From sequence record NC_135730.1: a stretch of DNA of 64,000 nucleotides. One strand, written 5' to 3'. The notes below the pieces were generated by a model. It did not search any database, was not told the origin of the DNA, and saw only the letters and a list, made by a program, of their open reading frames with translations. The stretch's first letter is position 1, and each line of letters begins with the position of its first letter. Source of the stretch: a phage. Below are positions 56,505-64,000 of the stretch, piece by piece. A program made the position numbers and the translations under genes.

Positions 56505-57059
56505 ATGAAATACTTTGTAACAAGCGACACACACTTTCTCCACCAGCGGGTCATGGAGTTCGATTCATGTCAAAAACACAGATCTCAGTATGATCACAAT
56601 CTTGACAGTATGAATGCGGGAATCATCACCAAGTGGAACTCTGTTGTGTCACCTGCAGACACTGTGTTTCACTTGGGAGATATTGCGTGCACTAATGATA
56701 AGAATATCAACAAATTGCTCCCAGATGTTCTAAATATGTTGAACGGACATATTATTCTTGTTCGTGGTAACCATGACACAAGGACGACTGTCAGAATTAT
56801 GAAAGAGTTCGGTCATGAGGTTGTAGATTATTACGAGCTTCGCCACAACAAGAATTTGATCTGTATGAGCCATTACCAGTTTGCAAAGTGGAACAGAAAG
56901 CCTCACGGATCAGTCCAACTGTTCGGTCATGCTCACGGAACCACACAGCAGTTGTTTGGCAGGCAGTTTGATGTCGGTTGGGATGTGTGGGGGAGACTCT
57001 TACCATTGGAAGAGGCATACCGTATTGCAATGAGTCTTGCTATTGACAGCGGGGAGTAA
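56505..57059 (+). CDS. calcineurin-like metallophosphoesterase
   Basis: ATG at 56505 (MKYFVTSDTHF) within track ORF; GDI, GNHD and HAHG metal-binding motifs. Confidence 0.7.
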   Translation: MKYFVTSDTHFLHQRVMEFDSCQKHRSQYDHNLDSMNAGIITKWNSVVSPADTVFHLGDIACTNDKNINKLLPDVLNMLNGHIILVRGNHDTRTTVRIMKEFGHEVVDYYELRHNKNLICMSHYQFAKWNRKPHGSVQLFGHAHGTTQQLFGRQFDVGWDVWGRLLPLEEAYRIAMSLAIDSGE

Positions 57060-57106
57060 TCCCTGCTATTTTAAAGAAAATTGCCACACAAGGAGAATCA
57101 GGAGAT

Positions 57107-57457
57107 ATGAAAGATGGGGATAAGCTGCTATATCTTAAAGTCCCCCTTGAAATACTGTCTATGTCAAAAGTTTTGAATGACACAACTGGGGAGGTTGTTG
57201 TTCTTGACTTATATGACAAGATCGTATACTGCTACCTGCACAACTGGTATAAGCTTGGAGGAAATTCACGCTTCACACCCAGCACAAGGAAAATTGCAGC
57301 AGATGTTGGGATAAAGAAAACAAAAGCAGCAGCGTGCGTTAAAACTTTAGAATGTGCAGGAGTGGTTGAAATATCCACACAAGGGAGAGGTAAAAGATGT
57401 ACATTTTCCAAAGTTTTGCCACCAGAAGAGGTTATTCGAATGTCAACAACTGGTTAG
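57107..57457 (+). CDS. hypothetical protein, possible DNA-binding protein adjacent to iterons
   Basis: 116-aa track ORF; CAGGAGA RBS. Confidence 0.55.
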   Translation: MKDGDKLLYLKVPLEILSMSKVLNDTTGEVVVLDLYDKIVYCYLHNWYKLGGNSRFTPSTRKIAADVGIKKTKAAACVKTLECAGVVEISTQGRGKRCTFSKVLPPEEVIRMSTTG

Positions 57458-57531
57458 ACCAGTAAAAACTTAAATATCTGTACTATAAGGATTAGTATGT
57501 TTTATGTTCGCTCTGGAACAGAGGTTAGTAA

Positions 57532-57760
57532 CTGTCCGTGATACGGACACTACTGTCCGTCACGCGGACACATCTGCCCGTAATACGGACACTAACTGTC
57601 CGTGATACGGACACATAAAGAATATAACTAAAATAACTAAATAATAAAAATAAAAGATCTAGTACTTATGGTACTAAGTACATATACTTAACTTATGTAG
57701 AATATACTAGATCCTAAGTACCATGTTTTAAAATTATTACTTACTATAGGTAGTGTCGGC
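57532..57760. promoter_or_regulatory. origin-like element: four palindromic iterons plus AT-rich tract
   Basis: CTGTCCGTgATACGGACAc repeated at about 57532, 57553, 57574, 57596 (21-22 bp period), then about 150 bp of AT-rich DNA. Confidence 0.55.
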
Positions 57761-58010
57761 CCTTCATTGGCACTCGCCTACGAGGGGCGAGATGCCGGGC
57801 CTCCTTGGTGCACACAATAACAGAAGTGCATACATGCAGGTCTGTTAACATGTGTGGGAGCGAAGCGATAGCGCAGGCCAAAGGCCGAGCACTGATGTGG
57901 ACCACCGACGAAAGCTTGCCAGCGCCGTAAGGAGTCGGTTGAGAGTCTCCCGCGCGAGCTTGGATGAAGTTTATGTGTGGAAACTGACAAGAAGGCCCCT
58001 AAATCGCTCC
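57760..58010. other. GC-rich structured segment (candidate ncRNA or cis-element)
   Basis: about 250 bp GC-rich island with many short hairpins; only a spurious-looking minus ORF. Confidence 0.3.
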
Positions 58011-58116
58011 ACAGCTATATAAACTATACCAGGTAATGCAATCGCACCAGTTTGATAGAAAAGCTCGTTACAAAGTGATACAGTGAGTTTTTCTATAACT
58101 TGAAGAGGAGGCAGCT

Positions 58117-58695
58117 ATGGGTTCACGCAAAGATGACCGTGAAAAGATTGCAAAACGTTATCAGAATGAAGAACAGATGGAGAAAACTTTCAAGTGGAAG
58201 CCTGGTTTCCAGCGTAATCATTCTAACGCTCGTGATCGTAAGCATCCGGATAAGTGGCTAACACCGCCAAATGATGGCATGCAGGTTGGTGATGAGAAGG
58301 AGATGTCACCTGGAAAAGATGGCAACTACATTCGCACTAAGGAAGCTGGTCCAAAGGATGACAGCTATCTTGTAGATAAGGTTCTTAATGGTATTGATGT
58401 AGATGTTGACACTGCACGAAACCTTTTTCTTGGTTGGTATCGTACAGGGTTTTTCGACATCAAGGCTATTCGTCGTGTTTGCGATATTAAAAAGTCTGCC
58501 TATGATGATGACTCCCTACATCGCACTCTGAGACAATACTCAGAGAGATACGGTCATCCAGTTATCACTCTTGACGATATTAACGAAGTGATGTATCATG
58601 CAGAGGTTGTTGCAGGTAGATTCGGTGATGCATATCTAGATATCCTTTCTGCAAAGGATGAGGTAATGTTAAATAAGATTTACTATGAACGCTGA
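58117..58695 (+). CDS. hypothetical protein
   Basis: 192-aa track ORF; AGAGGAGG RBS. Confidence 0.65.
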   Translation: MGSRKDDREKIAKRYQNEEQMEKTFKWKPGFQRNHSNARDRKHPDKWLTPPNDGMQVGDEKEMSPGKDGNYIRTKEAGPKDDSYLVDKVLNGIDVDVDTARNLFLGWYRTGFFDIKAIRRVCDIKKSAYDDDSLHRTLRQYSERYGHPVITLDDINEVMYHAEVVAGRFGDAYLDILSAKDEVMLNKIYYER

Positions 58696-58705
58696 GGGGT
58701 GCTTA

Positions 58706-58894
58706 ATGAACAATCCGGTAGCAAAGAACTGTACTAAGTTTAACAAGTCTGCGATTCACACTGACAGGAAAAAGGGCTGGTCTCCTGACATTGACGAGGA
58801 GCTTGAGAGTTACTTTGAAGACCTGGTCACTAATGCAGATGAGGTTGCGATTAAAGAATACGCAGACAGGAAGGATAAGGCCGGAATCTGTTGA
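58706..58894 (+). CDS. hypothetical acidic protein
   Basis: ATG at 58706 within track ORF 58685-58894; GAGGGG RBS. Confidence 0.5.
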   Translation: MNNPVAKNCTKFNKSAIHTDRKKGWSPDIDEELESYFEDLVTNADEVAIKEYADRKDKAGIC

Positions 58895-58970
58895 CAAAAA
58901 TAGTGTTACCTGATAAGATCTGCAATATGATGTGATGCAATTTTAACTTACGAGGTCTACAGGTAATGCT

Positions 58971-59213
58971 ATGTTTAAGGTTAAGCTCGTTTTTCGTTCC
59001 ATGAATGAGGATTATTTAGAAGATGAAGGTGAATTTCGTGCACTGGATGATGCAATAGATTTTGCCAACGATTTAGCTTGTATGAATACAGGTTATGGGC
59101 TATGTTGTTGGGATGGTGGTGTTCAGATCGGTGATAGCAAGATCTTCTACTTCTACCCTGAGCCTGATAACAAACAAATTAAGTATGTTTTATTTATTTG
59201 TGCTTTACAATGA
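58971..59213 (+). CDS. hypothetical protein
   Basis: 80-aa track ORF; TTGACA promoter at about 58893. Confidence 0.5.
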   Translation: MFKVKLVFRSMNEDYLEDEGEFRALDDAIDFANDLACMNTGYGLCCWDGGVQIGDSKIFYFYPEPDNKQIKYVLFICALQ

Positions 59214-59239
59214 GGTTGTTTTCGTGTATCATGATGAAT

Positions 59240-59500
59240 ATCCAATTTAAAGATGAATTTGATGGCTTTATCTCTGGATGCTTTGAAACAGGGTTCGGAG
59301 AAGGCTGAGTTCCCCTTAGAGGGCTTGATAGTGCACCACACTTAAAATGGTAGGGGCAGCCAGCACATGACGATGTGACCCCAGCCAACCTGTAACAAGG
59401 TCGAGCCGAAGCGCGGGTAATAGGCCTCTGGTAACCCACTTGGTGGGTCTTGCTGGTCCAGGACGCTGGACAAGTCGCAGGGAATACCACCCTGCGGCGA
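59240..59500. other. GC-rich structured segment (candidate ncRNA or packaging element)
   Basis: clean hairpins gtccag-gacg-ctggac and cgcaggg-aatacca-ccctgcg; no credible ORF. Confidence 0.3.
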
Positions 59501-59502
59501 AC

Positions 59503-59531
59503 TTGACAATCAGTATTTGCTATGATAAAAT
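59503..59531 (+). promoter_or_regulatory. sigma70-type promoter
   Basis: TTGACA, 17 nt, TAAAAT. Confidence 0.55.
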
Positions 59532-59559
59532 CCACCTATCACGTGATAATGGAGGAAAC

Positions 59560-59898
59560 ATGGCGGATACAACTAAAAAGCGTCGCCGTAGAGGCAGACC
59601 TCTGAAAGAGGAGTCCAACGCCATTCAGCTAGAGAAGAACATCCTTGATATGAAGGAATCTTTTATAGCGATGGTTCCAGAAGCTCACAAAGTTTTAAGA
59701 GAGCTGATGTTGGACCCGAAAACCAAACAAAATATTCGTCAAAGCATTGCAGAGTATGTTCTTGATAAGGCAGACCGAATGCAGGAAGAATATGATGAGA
59801 TGTTTGGTGAAGAGGAAGAGGTGGTAGTGGAAGAGGCTGAAAAACCAGCACCTTTTATGCCATTTACTACAGAAATACAGCCTGTTAGCAATAGCTAA
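59560..59898 (+). CDS. putative terminase small subunit / DNA-binding protein
   Basis: ATG at 59560 after AATGGAGGA; basic N-terminus KKRRRRGRPLK, acidic C-terminus; upstream of terminase large subunit. Confidence 0.4.
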   Translation: MADTTKKRRRRGRPLKEESNAIQLEKNILDMKESFIAMVPEAHKVLRELMLDPKTKQNIRQSIAEYVLDKADRMQEEYDEMFGEEEEVVVEEAEKPAPFMPFTTEIQPVSNS

Positions 59899-59907
59899 AA
59901 TATTTTC

Positions 59908-59936
59908 TTGACAAACTTTGCTTAACAGTGTAATAT
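59908..59936 (+). promoter_or_regulatory. promoter of tRNA cluster
   Basis: TTGACA, 17 nt, TAATAT about 60 nt upstream of first tRNA. Confidence 0.55.
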
Positions 59937-59994
59937 TGTAAACATGGTCTCCCACCTTTTCTGGCGGCTAAGGTGTAAAAGAAAGCCACCCAGT

Positions 59995-60069
59995 GCCCTG
60001 TTAGCTTAGTGGATAAAGCAGCGGCCTTCTAAGCCGTTGACACTGGTTCGAGTCCAGTACGGGGTGCCA
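59995..60069 (+). tRNA. tRNA-Arg (anticodon UCU)
   Basis: manual cloverleaf; anticodon loop CTTCTAA; T-loop GGTTCGAGTCC; CCA present. Confidence 0.7.
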
Positions 60070-60073
60070 AATT

Positions 60074-60160
60074 GGGGAGTTATCCCGTAGAGGTAGCGGT
60101 GTAGACTGTAAATCTATTGTCATTGCGACTCGGGTGGTTCGACTCCACCACTCCCCACCA
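60074..60160 (+). tRNA. tRNA-Tyr (anticodon GUA), type II
   Basis: acceptor GGGGAGT/ACTCCCC; loop CTGTAAA; long variable arm; T-loop TTCGACT. Confidence 0.7.
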
Positions 60161-60274
60161 AATTTATATTTTTAGATGCATAAATAATACAGATAATGGC
60201 ATTGATATTTATCGTCGTTTATACTAGTCACTAACTGCTCGAAAATCAGTGTCATTATCAGTATAATTTATAAA

Positions 60275-60365
60275 GGAGGGTAGGGAGCAATGGTGCTCAA
60301 GCGGTCTTGAAAACCGTCCCGTTGAGGATGACTCGATGATGGTTCGATTCCATTACTCTCCGCCA
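60275..60365 (+). tRNA. tRNA-Ser (anticodon UGA), type II
   Basis: anticodon arm CGGTCTTGAAAACCG matches E. coli tRNA-Ser as recalled; long variable arm. Confidence 0.75.
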
Positions 60366-60463
60366 CATTGTTGACCTTGTAATTAAGCGAAAGCCGGAAG
60401 CAGAACCGGATTATCAAATGTTACAGTCGTCATCGCCGACTAGCAACATGGTCAACATACTGA

Positions 60464-60562
60464 GCTAGGTAAGCCCTTTGGCAAGGGCGAGGATTTTTAA
60501 TCCTGAAAATAGACGAGGTAGTCGTTGAATACATAGGTGGTTCGATTCCATCGCCTAGCACC
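60464..60562 (+). tRNA. atypical type-II-length tRNA-like gene, anticodon ambiguous (UUU or UAA)
   Basis: good acceptor, D and T arms; anticodon stem only 4 bp; about 29-nt variable region. Confidence 0.4.
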
Positions 60563-60567
60563 TTTTT

Positions 60568-60643
60568 GCTGATGTAGCACAATCGGTAGTGCAATTGATT
60601 TGTAATCAATAGGTTGTAGGTTCAAGTCCTGCCATCAGCACCA
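60568..60643 (+). tRNA. tRNA-Thr (anticodon UGU)
   Basis: all four stems pair cleanly; loop TTTGTAA. Confidence 0.8.
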
Positions 60644-60644
60644 A

Positions 60645-60719
60645 GGCCCTGTAGCTGGAAGGTTCAAGCAAGCGACTCATAATCGCCAGACGGTGGTTCA
60701 ATTCCACCCAGGGCCACCA
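60645..60719 (+). tRNA. tRNA with CAU anticodon (Met or lysidine-Ile)
   Basis: acceptor GGCCCTG/CAGGGCC; loop CTCATAA; T-stem GGTGG/CCACC. Confidence 0.7.
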
Positions 60720-60730
60720 AATAGTAAATA

Positions 60731-60807
60731 CTCCGCGTAGCTCAGCTTGGTAGAGCGCCTGATTTGGGATCAGGAGGTCGAGTGTTCGAATCACTCCGTG
60801 GAGACCA
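60731..60807 (+). tRNA. tRNA-Pro (anticodon UGG)
   Basis: C1:G72 first pair typical of bacterial tRNA-Pro; loop TTTGGGA; clean cloverleaf. Confidence 0.8.
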
Positions 60808-60853
60808 CTTTCAGTTATACTTTAAACATATACAAACAAAAGGAACCTTTAAA

Positions 60854-61123
60854 ATGTATACACTTAAAATTGTAGAGCGTGTAAATCCAACCCATACCGT
60901 AGATTTTCGTGACGATTTCAATCCTCTGGCTGTAAATCTTCGAGAGTCATATCATGAACTCAGCTGCGATGCAGTGGTGGTCTTTTTTGAAGACAACTCT
61001 GAAGGGGCAGTAGCTTGTGTTGTTGATAGTGAGCAGAAGTTTTATATTTACAGAGATGTAGATGCATACTTGATGAATGAAAATGCAGTTACTGTTAGAA
61101 TCATCCACCGAGTGCCTCGATAA
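60854..61123 (+). CDS. hypothetical protein
   Basis: ATG at 60854 (MYTLKIV) after AAAAGGAA; track ORF 60764 start overlaps tRNA-Pro. Confidence 0.55.
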   Translation: MYTLKIVERVNPTHTVDFRDDFNPLAVNLRESYHELSCDAVVVFFEDNSEGAVACVVDSEQKFYIYRDVDAYLMNENAVTVRIIHRVPR

Positions 61124-61174
61124 GTATTAGTCTCCTTTTAGTTAGTTTCGATCTATTTAGGTTACTCAATTTTA

Positions 61175-61215
61175 ACCCGCCCCGTTAGCTGCATAGCTGC
61201 GGGGTTTTTTCGTTT
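61175..61215 (+). terminator. rho-independent terminator
   Basis: GC stem around agctgcatagctgcgggg followed by TTTTTT. Confidence 0.5.
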
Positions 61216-61228
61216 CTGGAGCCTTAAA

Positions 61229-61627
61229 ATGATTTCAGTTTTAACATGGCTGAGTAGGTATAAAGGGATCATAAAAGGTTTAGTTTTTGCAGCTGCGATA
61301 GGTACAGCTTATCTTGGGGCCGTGTATTGGTTTAACTCTAAGCTTAATGATGCCTACCAGGAGGGTGTGTCAGCAACAGAGTTAAAGTGGGAACGGATCC
61401 TTGATCAGCAACAAAAGCAGGCCGACAAGATTAAAATGGGCCACGCAGAGGAGGTTAAAAACCTTGAAAAATCTCTTTCTGATCTGCAGGATAAATTAAA
61501 TATAGCTGAGAGGGCAGGTAGAGAAAAGCAGATTATCTACCTCCAATCACCTGAAGGTAAGAAGTCAACACTCCCTGATCAGCTTATAGATATTTATAAT
61601 GAGAGTATCAATCAGGAGGATCGATGA
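61229..61627 (+). CDS. i-spanin (Rz-like)
   Basis: N-terminal TM LVFAAAIGTAYLGAVYWF then coiled-coil; overlaps next gene start. Confidence 0.6.
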   Translation: MISVLTWLSRYKGIIKGLVFAAAIGTAYLGAVYWFNSKLNDAYQEGVSATELKWERILDQQQKQADKIKMGHAEEVKNLEKSLSDLQDKLNIAERAGREKQIIYLQSPEGKKSTLPDQLIDIYNESINQEDR

Positions 61628-61911
61628 GAGTTGCTGCACTGTTTATTGTGTGCTTTTTATTATGTGGGTGTGCAACCAGCGTTGAGAGAGAATACAAGAT
61701 TGACCCTCCAGATGTAGGAAGGTTGATTGTTAAACCCCCGGAAGGTGCCATGAAACCACCTGCTAAAGCTATGCCTTTGAAGAAAGGTGCTCCAGATGCA
61801 GTAAATTCTGGCATTATGAGGGATAATAATTTGTCTTGTAGCAATGATAGAGCTAAATTGATCATTTTGCAAGACTATATTAGAACACTGTTTCCAAAGG
61901 AGAGAGGTTAA
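61624..61911 (+). CDS. o-spanin (Rz1-like lipoprotein)
   Basis: signal plus lipobox FLLCGCATS; Pro-rich mature region. Confidence 0.6.
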   Translation: MRVAALFIVCFLLCGCATSVEREYKIDPPDVGRLIVKPPEGAMKPPAKAMPLKKGAPDAVNSGIMRDNNLSCSNDRAKLIILQDYIRTLFPKERG

Positions 61912-62336
61912 TGTCTAAGATTTACGGACCGTGTTCTGAAAAGCAGAAGATGATCCTCGAAAACGATGCAGATATTTTGGTAATCGGCGGTGCCGCAGGG
62001 TCTGGCAAGTCGTTCCTCTTGCAGTTGATGCCGCTTAAAATTATTGATGACCCCCACAGCTCTGTGGTTATGTTCCGAAGAACAACCCCACAGTTGGAAG
62101 GTGAGGGTGGGCTATGGCCTAAAGCAGTAGCTATTTATAGTGATCTGCCTGAAAACATTAAGCCAAAGTTCAGAGAGAAGGATCATAAGTTCATTTTCCC
62201 ACGGTTTGATCCGAGCACTGGCAAGTGGGATAGAAGCAAAAAGGGAGCTGTTGTAAAATACTGCCACATGGAGTATGTCCAAGATAAGCTTAACCATCAA
62301 GGTCTTGAGTACACCATGGTTTGCTTCGATGAGGGT
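61911..62336 (+). CDS. terminase large subunit, exon 1 (ATPase domain)
   Basis: Walker A GGAAGSGKS, Walker B MVCFDE; ends at intron 5' splice site. Confidence 0.8.
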
Positions 62337-62653
62337 TAATTTGTAGCTCTCGTAAAACCTCCCTAATTGCGGGGAAATCTTTACTATTAATACCACCAAC
62401 CTGTCATGGTAACATGATAGAGGCTTCGAAGAGAGATCGAAGGTATGGTAACAGTGTGTTAATTTAGATAATCCGCAGCGAAGCATCCGAGAGGATGAAC
62501 GTTCAACGACTAGTCGAAAGACGTAGAATCAAGCGATTCGAAACGGGAGGGTAAGCGGTTGTTGTCGCTTATAAGATATAGTCTGGTCTGCATGGAGACA
62601 TGCAGCTGCCTGAAAAATGGCGGGGCAAGACTAGCGACCTTGCCCGAACATAG
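62337..62653 (+). mobile_element. ORF-less group I intron in terminase large subunit gene (3' boundary +/- 3 nt)
   Basis: all four core elements in order: P AAUUGCGGGGAAA (about 62364), Q AAUCCGCAGC (about 62470), R GUUCAACGACUAG (about 62501), S AAGAUAUAGUCU (about 62573). Confidence 0.75.
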
Positions 62654-63778
62654 ACGACACAATTCGAATGGGAGCAGATAGACTATCTGATGTCTCGTCT
62701 GCGATCTCAGTCAAAGTATCCATCAAGAATGGTTATCAGCTGTAACCCCGATTCAGAACACATGCTTGCCAAACTGGTTAGATGGTGGTTGGACGATGAA
62801 GGGTATCCAGATCCGGAGAAATGCGGTAAGAAAAGATATTTTATCCGACGCGACGGTGAATTTATATGGGGAGATTCTAAAGAAGAGTTGATAGAGAAAT
62901 ACACCACGGTTAACGGACTGGGTGTGGAGATCAAGCCAAGACCGTTGTCATTCTCGTTTATAGGCGCAACAATATTCGATAATCCTGTTTGCTTAAGAGA
63001 CAACCCAGAATACCTTGCTTTCCTTGAAGGTCTGCCGGAACTGGAAAAAGCTCAGCTTCTTCATGGTAACTGGTTTGCAAAGCCTGAGGGTGCAAACTAT
63101 TTTCAAAGATCTTTCCTTCGTGATGCCGATAGAGTACCCCTTGGATCAGTATCTTGCAGGGCATGGGATAAGGCAGGAACCGAGAGAACTTCCGGTAATA
63201 AATTTCCTGACTTTACCGCCAGTATTAAGGTAAGTAAAGATAGCGACGGCTTTTATTACCTGTCCGGTGATTATTGTCCTGAGAACGTGGATGACGGGAG
63301 GTATTCCACAGGTCTGGAAGGCAAGTTCTGTAAAAAGGCTGGTGAACGAGATGTGATCATCAGGAAACAGGCGCAGTTTGATGGTGATGATTGCATAATC
63401 GTATTCTCTGTGGACCCTGGTCAGGCAGGTAAGAGTGAGTTCTTAACCTCATCCAGATCCTTGCTTGCCGAAGGGTTCAGGGTTGAAGAAGACCCAATGC
63501 CTTCCAACAAGTCTAAACTGACAAGGTTCTCACCTTTTGCCAATCTTGCCCAACAAGGAATGGTGAGGATTGTAAAATCCAGTTTCCATCCTGATACTCT
63601 GGAAGCATTTCTGACTGAACTTGAAAAATTCAACGGGGAAAGATCAACATTTAACAGAAAAGACGACTGGGCCGACTGTGTAGCTTCTGCGATTAATTTC
63701 CTAGAGAAAGAGGAGGTAGCACTTCCTTGTGTGATTCCATCAATCTCATCACCTTCTATGTTCAAGCGTTTTATCTAA
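62654..63778 (+). CDS. terminase large subunit, exon 2 (nuclease domain)
   Basis: frame open from 62654; nuclease-domain region IVFSVDPGQAGKSE; track ORF begins at internal Met 62690. Confidence 0.75.
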   Translation, partial: TTQFEWEQIDYLMSRLRSQSKYPSRMVISCNPDSEHMLAKLVRWWLDDEGYPDPEKCGKKRYFIRRDGEFIWGDSKEELIEKYTTVNGLGVEIKPRPLSFSFIGATIFDNPVCLRDNPEYLAFLEGLPELEKAQLLHGNWFAKPEGANYFQRSFLRDADRVPLGSVSCRAWDKAGTERTSGNKFPDFTASIKVSKDSDGFYYLSGDYCPENVDDGRYSTGLEGKFCKKAGERDVIIRKQAQFDGDDCIIVFSVDPGQAGKSEFLTSSRSLLAEGFRVEEDPMPSNKSKLTRFSPFANLAQQGMVRIVKSSFHPDTLEAFLTELEKFNGERSTFNRKDDWADCVASAINFLEKEEVALPCVIPSISSPSMFKRFI

Positions 63779-63827
63779 GTGTTGCCAATCTTAATTAGAT
63801 GTGGTACAATAAAGTAATTGGAGATAC

Positions 63828-63855
63828 TAGCCCTCTGACGAGGGCTATTTTGTTA
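63828..63855 (+). terminator. rho-independent terminator
   Basis: agccctc-tgac-gagggct followed by ATTTTGTT. Confidence 0.55.
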
Positions 63856-63878
63856 TACTGTTTTGAGGGGTAAAGCTT

Positions 63879-64000
63879 GTGTCCAAAAAGAACCGCAGGA
63901 AACACAACGCCACAGCCAAAACTGTGAATAAATCTGGGAACGCAGGCGCACCAACTCATAATGTTCGTATGAGTGAGATCGGTTCTGGCGCACTTTCCCA
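63879..64000 (+). CDS. hypothetical protein, 5' partial at window edge (GTG start)
   Basis: GAGGGG RBS then open frame to window end; position after terminase suggests a structural gene. Confidence 0.35.
   Translation, partial: MSKKNRRKHNATAKTVNKSGNAGAPTHNVRMSEIGSGALS

Noticed and set aside
57870-57930. Hammerhead ribozyme (CUGAUG...GAAA)
   Set aside because: Core reads CUGAUGU rather than CUGANGA and no proper stem II can be drawn
59194-59535. 113-aa minus-strand ORF over the GC-rich island
   Set aside because: Low-complexity product, no RBS, antisense to the downstream promoter; region treated as non-coding
62337-62653. Intein or programmed frameshift in terminase
   Set aside because: In-frame stop right after the Walker B motif and presence of all four group I core elements favour an RNA intron over a protein-level element

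Overview
This window looks like about 64 kb of a large virulent tailed phage genome (Caudoviricetes), AT-rich, with T4/T5/Felix-O1-like gene content; I could not assign it to a named phage from sequence alone. All calls rest on reading the sequence and the ORF track; no database search was run, and coordinates of features not in the track may be off by 1-2 nt. Layout: (i) 1-3815, small + strand genes including a TARG1-like macro domain protein; (ii) 3816-4890, non-coding region with two strong Fur-box matches and a repeated GC-rich hairpin element; (iii) 4890-15110, about 30 small + strand genes, most behind their own sigma70-type promoter, many with a 5' leader hairpin and CA-rich leader; (iv) 15110-17500, a 2.4 kb non-coding, repeat-rich region where the two transcription blocks converge; (v) 17540-55990, one long minus-strand block with diversified small paralogs, an HPF-like ribosome hibernation factor, two N6-adenine methyltransferases, a ClpP-like protease, PhoH, NrdG, intron-split NrdD with an HNH homing endonuclease, glutaredoxin, NrdB, NrdA, ThyX, dNMP kinase, nucleases, lambda-R-like endolysin, ATP-dependent DNA ligase, Sir2 and an RNA ligase; (vi) 56030-64000, + strand: polynucleotide kinase and metallophosphatase (RNA repair with the divergent RNA ligase), an iteron plus AT-rich origin-like element, GC-rich structured segments, seven tRNAs, a spanin pair, and a terminase large subunit split by an ORF-less group I intron. 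The most interesting candidates are the promoter/hairpin early-gene array flanked by Fur boxes, the paralog array, the phage HPF, the RNA-repair cassette and the two introns.
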